DNA from: an uncultured SAR86 cluster bacterium
Lineage (GTDB): Bacteria > Pseudomonadota > Gammaproteobacteria > Magnimaribacterales > Magnimaribacteraceae
Reading direction: 5' to 3'
DNA: 64,000 nucleotides
Assembly: GCA_902628375.1 (NCBI GenBank)
Contig: CACOMS010000006.1
Location: forward strand, 5,200-69,199
The translations under genes and the position numbers were made by a program. Below the pieces are notes generated by a model. That model searched no databases and had not been told where the DNA came from. It saw nothing but the letters and a program-made list of their open reading frames with translations. Shown here piece by piece: positions 36,909-44,948 of the stretch. Numbering within the stretch: position 1 is the stretch's first letter; every line of letters starts with the position of its first letter.

Positions 36909-37193
36909 TTGACTATAAAAGGTACAGAGTTTCAAAGAAAAGTTTGGAAAGAACTTAGTAAAATACCTGAAGGAGAAACTAGAACATATAAGCAAATAGC
37001 TATTGCAATAGGTAATCCAGATTCTTCTAGAGCAGTTGCTAATGCTTGCGGAAAGAACCCAAGACCTATAATTGTTCCTTGTCACAGAGTAATCAGATCA
37101 GATGGTAGTATTGGCGGTTATAGTGGAGAAGGCGGTGAAAATAAGAAAAGAGAGTTATTAATTCAAGAAAATGTAGATATCAATAATTTATAG
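36909..37193 (+). CDS. Minimal methylated-DNA--protein-cysteine methyltransferase (C-terminal domain only)
   Basis: 94 aa; TTG start; 'FQRKVWKEL..IPEGETRTYKQIA', active site 'IIVPCHRVI' with Cys retained. Confidence 0.8.
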   Translation: MTIKGTEFQRKVWKELSKIPEGETRTYKQIAIAIGNPDSSRAVANACGKNPRPIIVPCHRVIRSDGSIGGYSGEGGENKKRELLIQENVDINNL

Positions 37194-37202
37194 GAGGCTA
37201 AA

Positions 37203-37982
37203 ATGATAGATTTAAATTTAAAAGGAAAAAAGGCTGTAGTAACGGGAGCTAGTCTAGGAATAGGTGAAGCAGTAGTGAAGATGCTTGCAGATCATGGTGC
37301 AGACGTAGATTTTTGTGCTAGAAATAAAGAAGCAGTAGAAATACTTTCTTCTTATGAGTCTAAAGGAGAAATTAATGGACATATGGCAGATATGGGGAAT
37401 TCTGAAGATACAAACAACTTTATAGAAAAGGTTTTGACAGGTGGAAACGTAGACATACTTGTAAATAATGTAGGTGCTTCTCCGTCAAGAAATTTTTTAT
37501 ATATGTCAGATGAAGACTGGACAGAATTGCATGAATTGAATCTTATGTCTGCCGTACGTTGTACAAGAGCATTTCTGCCTGCTATGAGGAAAAGTCAGTG
37601 GGGAAGGGTGATTATGGTTTCGAGCTCTGCAGGAAAATACCCTAATGCTGCTTTAATTGATTATGGTGCAACAAAAGCAGCAATGATTTCCATCAGTAAA
37701 TCCTTAGCGAGGAAGTATGGAAAAGACGGTGTTCTGGTTAATTCTGTTTTGCCTGGATTAATTCATACAGCAATGTGGGAAAGAGCTGCTACAGAAATCG
37801 CTGAAGCAGTAGGAAGTACTATGGATGAAGTTATACAAAATAATGGAAAAGGAGTTCCTGTAGGAAGGTATGGAACTGCAGATGAAGTAGCCTCTTTAAT
37901 AGTGTTTCTGTGTACTGAGGCTGCTTCCTACATAAACGGAACCTCAATTGAGGTGGACGGAGGCCAAGCAGCACATATTTGA
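37203..37982 (+). CDS. SDR-family oxidoreductase (3-oxoacyl-ACP-reductase-like)
   Basis: 259 aa; 'VTGASLGIGEA', 'NNVGA', 'YGATKAA'. Confidence 0.85.
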   Translation: MIDLNLKGKKAVVTGASLGIGEAVVKMLADHGADVDFCARNKEAVEILSSYESKGEINGHMADMGNSEDTNNFIEKVLTGGNVDILVNNVGASPSRNFLYMSDEDWTELHELNLMSAVRCTRAFLPAMRKSQWGRVIMVSSSAGKYPNAALIDYGATKAAMISISKSLARKYGKDGVLVNSVLPGLIHTAMWERAATEIAEAVGSTMDEVIQNNGKGVPVGRYGTADEVASLIVFLCTEAASYINGTSIEVDGGQAAHI

Positions 37983-38009
37983 TATAATGGCTTAAACGAG
38001 TCTATATTT

Positions 38010-38468
38010 ATGAGAATATTGAGACTAATTCCACTTTTATTTTTAGCTATAGTTCTAAGTAGCTGCAATACTTTAAGAGGAAGTTATATTGATGAAACGG
38101 AAAGGACGGTTGAGTTCCTTTTGGCCGATATGCCGCTTCCACCTGATACAGAATTTGTCGAAGATCCAATAATTATGGGCACTGGGGGTGGAGTTACAGG
38201 AAAAATTGTTCTTCATTCTCCTGTAAGTCCTATAACTAATTTAGATTTTTATACTAGCGTATCAAAAACTTCTGGATGGAGGTTGGTAGCATCAACCATA
38301 TCAAAGAAAATTGATTTAACTTATAGAAAGGGTCAGAGATTGGTTAATGTGGAGATGGTTAGGCAGAATGATAGGATTGGAGTTCTTTTTGGGGGAGAAA
38401 ACGATACTATTATTACAATAACAGTGGCCTTGCCTGATATTTCCGATTCACGAACAGATGACGATTAA
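38010..38468 (+). CDS. Lipoprotein of unknown function (paralogue A)
   Basis: 152 aa; lipobox 'VLSSCNT'; aligns along its length with the next gene. Confidence 0.6.
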   Translation: MRILRLIPLLFLAIVLSSCNTLRGSYIDETERTVEFLLADMPLPPDTEFVEDPIIMGTGGGVTGKIVLHSPVSPITNLDFYTSVSKTSGWRLVASTISKKIDLTYRKGQRLVNVEMVRQNDRIGVLFGGENDTIITITVALPDISDSRTDDD

Positions 38469-38523
38469 AATAAATTATCAAAAAATCTACCTTATGGTAG
38501 GATGAATAGGAGAGGTGATCATA

Positions 38524-39039
38524 ATGACAAAAACTTTTAAAAATATTTCATTTTTAATAATTTTTACTTTATTTGTTTCTGGCTGCTCTTTAGTCAGAGA
38601 CACTTATCAAATAGAGCAGAGGATAGTTCTTGATTATTTACTTGAAGATCTACCACTTCCAGATGATGCAGAAATATTGAAGGTTCCAACGGTAATTCTA
38701 GGAACTGGAAATAGAATTGCGGGAAGAGTTATTATGGATTCACCTATAAGCCCTGCAGAAAACCTTATTTTTTATGGGAACAATACCGTTAGTTCTGGTT
38801 GGACTCTGATTCAATCCACTGTAGGAGATGAAATAATTCTTACATATGCAAAAAATGGAAGGTATGCAACCATAGAGCTAGTACAAAGAGGCATAGGTTT
38901 CTTTTCAGGTCTAAGCACGAGTCAGATCATTGTTTCAATTGTTCATCCTGAGTCCATAGGAGATCAAAATCCATATTTGGCATTAAACCCTAAACAGGCT
39001 AAAGAAGACTTAGATCAAGCAATTGCTTCTATAGAATAA
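38524..39039 (+). CDS. Lipoprotein of unknown function (paralogue B)
   Basis: ATG at 38524 sits 9 nt after AGGAGAGG (ORF-track GTG at 38515 abuts the RBS); lipobox 'FVSGCSL'; shares 'LPLP.D.E', 'GTG....G.....SP.SP..NL.FY', 'SGW.L..ST' and 'LTY' blocks with 38010..38468. Confidence 0.6.
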   Translation: MTKTFKNISFLIIFTLFVSGCSLVRDTYQIEQRIVLDYLLEDLPLPDDAEILKVPTVILGTGNRIAGRVIMDSPISPAENLIFYGNNTVSSGWTLIQSTVGDEIILTYAKNGRYATIELVQRGIGFFSGLSTSQIIVSIVHPESIGDQNPYLALNPKQAKEDLDQAIASIE

Positions 39040-39061
39040 AATTTTTAATTTCTATTAAAAA

Positions 39062-39589
39062 ATGCTTATAAGGGTTATTTCTTTCCTTCTTCTTTTTTGT
39101 TCACTGAACATTTCTTCTCAAGTTTTAGAAGATTTAAAAGATAATAGAGCTGATTGGGACTGTTTTTCTGATCAAGTTATGGGCGGAGTTTCTGAAGGTT
39201 CTGCATCGGTAGTGTCTCAAGAAGACGGAAATTTCTTTAGATTACAAGGCGATGTAAGCACAGAAAATAATGGCGGTTTCATTCAATGTAGGGCAAATGT
39301 CAACTTAAAGACGAAAGGTCTAAATGGTATAAGAATTAAGGTAAAGGGCAATGGAGATGAATATTATGTTCATTTAAGAGTGCCAAGAATGTTACCTTGG
39401 AATTATTATTCAGCTAAATTTTATGCTTCAGAAGAATGGCAAACAATAGATTTACCTCTAAGTTCATTTGAATACTCAAGAAATCCCTCTAAAAAGTTTA
39501 AGTCTTCAAAGATAAGTACTATCGGGATAGTGGCTTATGGTAAAGACTTTTATGCTGAGGTCGATTTAGCTCAGTTAGAAATATACTAA
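39062..39589 (+). CDS. Exported CIA30-like (complex I intermediate-associated protein 30 fold) protein
   Basis: 175 aa; signal peptide; 'WDCFSDQVMGGVSEG', 'NGGFIQCR'. Confidence 0.65.
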   Translation: MLIRVISFLLLFCSLNISSQVLEDLKDNRADWDCFSDQVMGGVSEGSASVVSQEDGNFFRLQGDVSTENNGGFIQCRANVNLKTKGLNGIRIKVKGNGDEYYVHLRVPRMLPWNYYSAKFYASEEWQTIDLPLSSFEYSRNPSKKFKSSKISTIGIVAYGKDFYAEVDLAQLEIY

Positions 39590-39601
39590 GATTTATCCAG
39601 G

Positions 39602-40360
39602 GTGATAACAGATCCATACTTTTATGTAGTAGCTGTATTTTCAGTTTTTCTTCATGGAATGGCAAAGGGAGGATTTGCTGGATCATTGGCTTTGTTGGCT
39701 ATACCCATGATGGCTTTCTTTATCCCTCCATTTCAGGCCGTAGCAATTCTCCTTATCCCACTTATTTTTATGGATATAGTCACCGTTTATAGATATAGAG
39801 GTATGTGGGATTGGAGTATAGTCAGATACATTATTCCTTTAGGTATTTTTGGAGTAGTAATTGGAACTATTTCTTTTAAGTACATGTCAGATGATCATAT
39901 TAGAATATTAATTGGTCTCTTAGCCTTAGCTTTTTCCCTAGATTATTTTTTAAGAACCTCAAATTCTGAACCTAAGAAGGCATCCAGAATAGGTAGTTAT
40001 TTTTGGCCAACTCTTTCTGGCTTCACTAGTTTTTCTATTCATGCTGGAGGCTTACCATTAAGTTTCTATTTGTTGCCAAAGAGATTAGACAGAAGGGTCT
40101 ATGCAGCAACCATGGGAATTTATTTTTTAGCCATGAATCTATTTAAGATTTTCCCTTATGCCTATTTAGAGCAAATGACATTTGAGAATATAAAAACTTC
40201 ATTAATGCTTCTCCCTTTAGCACCTCTAGGGGTTTATTTTGGAGCCTTTATGGTGGAGAAAGTAGGGCAGGAGTGGTTTTATAAAATTAGTTACTTTTGT
40301 TTATCTATAGCGGGGCTTAAGTTAATTTATGACGGAAGAAGTTCTTTATTCTTCCTTTAA
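39602..40360 (+). CDS. TauE/SafE-family anion exporter-like membrane protein
   Basis: 252 aa; GTG start; 7-8 TM; 'HGMAKGGFAGSLALLAIPMM'. Confidence 0.55.
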   Translation: MITDPYFYVVAVFSVFLHGMAKGGFAGSLALLAIPMMAFFIPPFQAVAILLIPLIFMDIVTVYRYRGMWDWSIVRYIIPLGIFGVVIGTISFKYMSDDHIRILIGLLALAFSLDYFLRTSNSEPKKASRIGSYFWPTLSGFTSFSIHAGGLPLSFYLLPKRLDRRVYAATMGIYFLAMNLFKIFPYAYLEQMTFENIKTSLMLLPLAPLGVYFGAFMVEKVGQEWFYKISYFCLSIAGLKLIYDGRSSLFFL

Positions 40361-41158
40361 ATTTCTGAAATCAGGCTTCCTTTTTTCGATAAAAGCTTTA
40401 ACTCCCTCTTTGTATTCAGCTCTATCTAAGAAAATTCTCTGAGTATCTCTTTCGTAATCCAATTGATTAGATAAGGAAACTGAAAGAGCATTGTCATGAG
40501 CTTTTGTAACAGCTTTAAGTCCTTCTACAGGACCATTTGCTAGTCTTTCAGCTAGTTCAAGAGATTTCTCTAAGAGTTCGCCATCTTCAAAGTAGTCCCA
40601 GATTAATCCCCAATCTTTAGCTTGAGTTGCACTGACATCGTCACCCAGTAGGCCCATGCCATTAGCTCTTGCTCTTCCGATTAAATTTGGAACAAACCAA
40701 GAAGAACCTACATCTGAGATAATTCCAAGTTGTGGACCAAAAACCAACTTAAACTTAGCAGATTTCGCCGCAACAACAAGATCTCCACTTAAGGCTAAAC
40801 CTACTCCACCACCGGCTGCAATGCCATTAATCGCTGTAATAACCGGTTTGTTTATTGTAGTTATTGCTCTTACTAAAGGATTAAAGGCTTGATCCATGGT
40901 TTGATAAGCTCCTTCCCCTGGAGAGGTTCCTGCTTTCATATCCCAACCACCATCTGCTAGATCTGCTCCTGCACAAAATCCCCTACCATTTCCAACTATT
41001 ACGACAACCCTTACCTTTTTATCGTCTTTAATTTCATTAAAAGTTTCTAGTAATCCTATTATTAGATCCTTGTTCATTGCATTTAAAACTTCAGGTCTAT
41101 TAAGTTTTATTAACAAAACGCCTGATTGGCTCAGTTCTTTTTGGATTGCTGTATTCAT
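40346..41158 (-). CDS. Enoyl-CoA hydratase/isomerase (crotonase) family
   Basis: 270 aa; 'VVIVGNGRGFCAGADL', 'AINGIAAGGG'; 15-nt convergent overlap with the TauE-like gene. Confidence 0.85.
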   Translation of the reverse strand: MNTAIQKELSQSGVLLIKLNRPEVLNAMNKDLIIGLLETFNEIKDDKKVRVVVIVGNGRGFCAGADLADGGWDMKAGTSPGEGAYQTMDQAFNPLVRAITTINKPVITAINGIAAGGGVGLALSGDLVVAAKSAKFKLVFGPQLGIISDVGSSWFVPNLIGRARANGMGLLGDDVSATQAKDWGLIWDYFEDGELLEKSLELAERLANGPVEGLKAVTKAHDNALSVSLSNQLDYERDTQRIFLDRAEYKEGVKAFIEKRKPDFRNLKEE

Positions 41159-41170
41159 ATTAAATCCTCT

Positions 41171-42418
41171 TTAATCAAATTGTTTTTCGGTGCTAGCAAA
41201 TAATAAATAAAATATTCCGCCAAAGAAAGTAACTCCTGCTGTTACATAAAACACAGTTGCCCAAGACCCTGTAGCGTCAAGAATCATTCCGGTTAGGATA
41301 CCTCCAATCAGTCCAGGTATGGCAGCGATCGAATTTGTTATACCCATTAACCTTCCGGTATATTTTGGCCCAATATCTGCATGATTGACTATGAAACCAC
41401 CTGCCGAAAATCCAGCAAAAACGTTTCCTAAGCACATTATTGTCATTACAGCAGCTACAGAATCAAACATAGGAACTAGGCACAAAGCTATTCCTCCACC
41501 ACCAAAACCTATAGAGTTGCATAGGCGTCTTACTGTTATTAGTTTCACGCCCTTATTGGTTAAGTAGTCTGCAAAATAACCTCCCAAATTAGTGAAAATA
41601 AAAGCAGTTAAGTGAGGAAGCATGGCTAAGAGACCAACAGCAGCCCATGGAACCCCAAGCCCTTCACTTATAAATGCAGGGAGCCAGGATAGGAATACAA
41701 ATAAAGAGTAGTTATTACAGAAATGTGCTACAGCTATAGCCCATAGAGGTTTGTTAAATAAAAGCTGTTTTACTGGCAGAGGATCATCTATATCGGATGC
41801 TGGAGCATTCTCTTGAATATAAGTTAACTCTTCTTCGCTGATATCAGGATCGTCCTTTGGAGAGGAAAAGACATACTTCTTCCAAAAATAATACCAAATA
41901 AAGCCTACTGCTCCATAAAGATAAAAGGCCCACTCCCATCCAATGCTACTAATGATAATAGGAGTGACGATGAGACCAAATATAGTTCCTATAGGTATAG
42001 CACTATTAGTTAAAGCTACTGATCTTGCTCTTTCTTTAAAAGGTATCCATCTAGCATATAAGCTATGCCAAGCAGGAAAAGTTACGGCTTCTCCAAGACC
42101 CATCCCAAACCTCGCTAATAAAAGCCAGTAGAAACCTGCAAAGAAAGCTAAAGGAGTTATTAATGTAAATATTGACCACACTACTAATCCGATCCCAAGA
42201 ACTAATTTTGCTCCATATCTATCTGAAAGTAGGCCTCCTGGTATTTGAGTGAATATATATCCAAAGTAGAACATTCCAAGGACAATACCTCTTTCTGTAT
42301 CTGACCAACCCATCTCACTTCCCATAGGAATAATTGCTAAGGAGATAACCACTCTATCTATGTAGCAAATGAATACAGCTAGCACTGTAAGAAGAATAAC
42401 TTTAAATCTTTGAGGCAT
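41171..42418 (-). CDS. MFS transporter, anion:cation symporter (ACS)-like
   Basis: 415 aa; 'GGLLSDRYGAK', 'RFGMGLGEA', 12 TM. Confidence 0.75.
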   Translation of the reverse strand: MPQRFKVILLTVLAVFICYIDRVVISLAIIPMGSEMGWSDTERGIVLGMFYFGYIFTQIPGGLLSDRYGAKLVLGIGLVVWSIFTLITPLAFFAGFYWLLLARFGMGLGEAVTFPAWHSLYARWIPFKERARSVALTNSAIPIGTIFGLIVTPIIISSIGWEWAFYLYGAVGFIWYYFWKKYVFSSPKDDPDISEEELTYIQENAPASDIDDPLPVKQLLFNKPLWAIAVAHFCNNYSLFVFLSWLPAFISEGLGVPWAAVGLLAMLPHLTAFIFTNLGGYFADYLTNKGVKLITVRRLCNSIGFGGGGIALCLVPMFDSVAAVMTIMCLGNVFAGFSAGGFIVNHADIGPKYTGRLMGITNSIAAIPGLIGGILTGMILDATGSWATVFYVTAGVTFFGGIFYLLFASTEKQFD

Positions 42419-42514
42419 AATCTTTGATAATAATTCTGTATTTATACCTTAACTTTTAGGTAAATAAATAACAATTCAAATTAACTTAATATATGTTAAG
42501 TTAATATCAATAAT

Positions 42515-43738
42515 ATGAGTAATTCTGATAAGTATTTGCTTCAAGATATAAGGGTAATTGATGCAGCTAGTTTTATTGCAGGACCAGCTGCTGCAACCAT
42601 TATGTCTGACTACGGAGCCGATGTAATCAAAATAGAGCCTCCCGAAGTGGGAGATAGCTTAAGATGGTTAATCCCTAGAGCTGGTCTTCCTGAAGGCGTT
42701 GAAAACTATTGTTGGCAGCTAACAGGAAGAAATAAAAGAAGCATCTCAATTAATTTAAAGGATCCTGAGGGGCAAGAAATATTGATTAAGCTTGTTAAGT
42801 CGGCAGATGTTTTTATAACCAATATGCCTTTTCCTTTAAGAGAGAAATTAGGATTAAGACCTGAAGATATTTGTCCGCATAATGATAGGTTGATCTACGC
42901 TTCTATGTCTGGATATGGAGAAACAGGACCAGATAAAAATAGAACTGCTTACGATTCAACTGCATGGTGGGCAAGAAGTGGTCTTATGGATTATGTCCGT
43001 CCTTCATCAATATCTGAGCATGCTTGGTCTACTCCAGGCATGGGAGATCATCCAACTGCATCGGCATTATTTGGAGCAATAATGACTGCCCTTTATAGAA
43101 GAGAAAAAACCGGCAAGGGCACTCAGGTTTCAACTTCGTTACTTGCAAATGGTGCTTGGTCTAACGGAGTATATTTGCAAGCTGCTCTAATGGGAGTTGA
43201 GTTTCCAGACAGATCTGATCCTCCTCCTAAACATCCTTTTGGATCTATATATAAAACTAAGGACAATGCTTTTGTAAGTTTAAATATGGTAAATGCAGCC
43301 AATGAGTGGCCTAAGTTAGCTAGCTCTTTAAATAGAAAAGATTTAATAGAAGATGAGAGATTCCAGAAAGGAGGCTTATTGACTAATATGGAAGAGCTAA
43401 GAGATGAACTTACTAAAGAATTTGCTTCTCGTGATTTAGAAGAGGTAAATTTAGCTTTAAGAGAATCTGGAGCAACTTTTGGAGTAATATCAAAAGCAGA
43501 AGACATTAAAAACGATAAACAATTCCATGAAACAGAGACACTGGTAGAATTAAAGCATGAAGGAATGCCAGGGGTGTTTACTATCAATAGCCCCTTCAAT
43601 ATTAAGGATGAGAAAAAAAAGTCCCCTTACAGAGCTCCAAGAATTGGAGAGCATTCCAAAGAAATTCTTGAAGATATTGGTATAAGTGAAGAACAACAAA
43701 TAACTTTAAAAGAAAAAGGGACTATATATTGGGAGTAA
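42515..43738 (+). CDS. Family III CoA-transferase (candidate glutarate CoA-transferase)
   Basis: 407 aa; 'IRVIDAASFIAGPAAATIMSDYGADVIKIEPP', 'DVFITNMP', 'SGYG'; ends 3 nt before the gcdH-like gene. Confidence 0.8.
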   Translation: MSNSDKYLLQDIRVIDAASFIAGPAAATIMSDYGADVIKIEPPEVGDSLRWLIPRAGLPEGVENYCWQLTGRNKRSISINLKDPEGQEILIKLVKSADVFITNMPFPLREKLGLRPEDICPHNDRLIYASMSGYGETGPDKNRTAYDSTAWWARSGLMDYVRPSSISEHAWSTPGMGDHPTASALFGAIMTALYRREKTGKGTQVSTSLLANGAWSNGVYLQAALMGVEFPDRSDPPPKHPFGSIYKTKDNAFVSLNMVNAANEWPKLASSLNRKDLIEDERFQKGGLLTNMEELRDELTKEFASRDLEEVNLALRESGATFGVISKAEDIKNDKQFHETETLVELKHEGMPGVFTINSPFNIKDEKKKSPYRAPRIGEHSKEILEDIGISEEQQITLKEKGTIYWE

Positions 43739-43741
43739 TTT

Positions 43742-44905
43742 ATGAGTAATTGGGATGATATTCTAATTCTTGATGACCAACTGACGGAAGAAGAAAGAAT
43801 AATAAAACAAAGCGCAAAAGATTATTGTGAAAATTCTCTTATGCCCAGGATTTTAGATGCCAATAGAAACGAAGTTTTTGATAAAGAGATATACAAAGAG
43901 TTAGGGGAACTTGGGTTTCTTGGGTGTACTATAAAAGGTTATGGCTGTGCTGGTGTTAATTATGTTTCTTATGGATTGATCGCTAGGGAAGTTGAACGAA
44001 TTGACTCAAGTTATCGATCTGCATTTAGTGTTCAAACCTCTTTAGCCATGCATGCTATAGCTACTTTTGGTTCAGAAGATCAAAAGAACAATTATCTACC
44101 TAATATGGCAAAAGGAGAGTTGATAGGTTGTTTTGGTTTAACCGAGCCAGATGCTGGTTCTGATCCTGGTAGCATGAAGTCAACAGCAAAAAAAGTTGAT
44201 GGAGGTTTTCATTTAAATGGTTCTAAGACATGGATAACCAATTCACCTATTGCTGATATTTTAATTATTTGGGCAAAAGATGAAGAGGGCATTCTAAGAG
44301 GTTTTATAGTAGAAAGATCAGATAAAGGACTGGATACACCTTACTTAAAAGGAAAATTTTCATTAAGAGCTTCTGCAACAGGACAAATCTTTTTAGATAA
44401 TGTTTTTGTTCCTAATGAAAGGGTTTTACCTGAAGTAAAAAGTTTTAAAGGACCTTTTTCATGCTTGAATTCTGCAAGGTATGGAATCTCTTGGGGAGCC
44501 ATGGGTGCCGCAGAGTTTTGTTGGCATGCAGCTAGAAGTTATTCTATTGACAGAGACCAATTTGGTGAACCTCTGGCTTCTAAACAATTAATCCAAAAGA
44601 AATTGGTAGATATGCAGACAGAAATAACTCTAGGACTTCAAGCCTCTCTTAGAGTCGGTAGGTTAATTGATGAAGGAAAAATGATCCCTGAAATGATCTC
44701 TTTAGTGAAAAGAAATAATTGTGGCAAAGCTCTTGAGATAGCAAGAGACTCAAGAGATATACATGGAGGCAATGGTATATCTGATGAATATCACGTCATT
44801 AGGCATGTCATGAACCTAGAAGCTGTCAATACTTACGAAGGTACCCATGATGTCCATGCTCTTATTTTAGGAAATCACCAAACCGGTTTAAATTCTTTCT
44901 CATAA
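43742..44905 (+). CDS. gcdH: Glutaryl-CoA dehydrogenase
   Basis: 387 aa; '[17 protein letters not shown]', '[10 protein letters not shown]', '[16 protein letters not shown]'. Confidence 0.8.
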   Translation: MSNWDDILILDDQLTEEERIIKQSAKDYCENSLMPRILDANRNEVFDKEIYKELGELGFLGCTIKGYGCAGVNYVSYGLIAREVERIDSSYRSAFSVQTSLAMHAIATFGSEDQKNNYLPNMAKGELIGCFGLTEPDAGSDPGSMKSTAKKVDGGFHLNGSKTWITNSPIADILIIWAKDEEGILRGFIVERSDKGLDTPYLKGKFSLRASATGQIFLDNVFVPNERVLPEVKSFKGPFSCLNSARYGISWGAMGAAEFCWHAARSYSIDRDQFGEPLASKQLIQKKLVDMQTEITLGLQASLRVGRLIDEGKMIPEMISLVKRNNCGKALEIARDSRDIHGGNGISDEYHVIRHVMNLEAVNTYEGTHDVHALILGNHQTGLNSFS

Positions 44906-44936
44906 AAAAAAGCCCGGTTAGACCGGGCTTTTTTTA
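44904..44936. terminator. Bidirectional rho-independent terminator
   Basis: A-run, stem AGCCCGG / CCGGGCT with loop TTAGA, then T6; lies between convergent stops at 44905 and 44949. Confidence 0.85.
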
Positions 44937-44948
44937 GTTCCTTAGTTT

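Noticed and set aside
36909-37193. Short alkyltransferase gene as a pseudogene fragment
   Set aside because: The complete C-terminal domain with helix-turn-helix and PCHRV is intact, and a stop codon closes the frame immediately upstream. It is more likely a genuine minimal gene.
43123-43599. 158-aa ORF antisense to the CoA-transferase gene
   Set aside because: It is entirely nested opposite a well-supported CDS with strong family motifs. The sequence is Ser/Leu-rich, as is typical of antisense frames.
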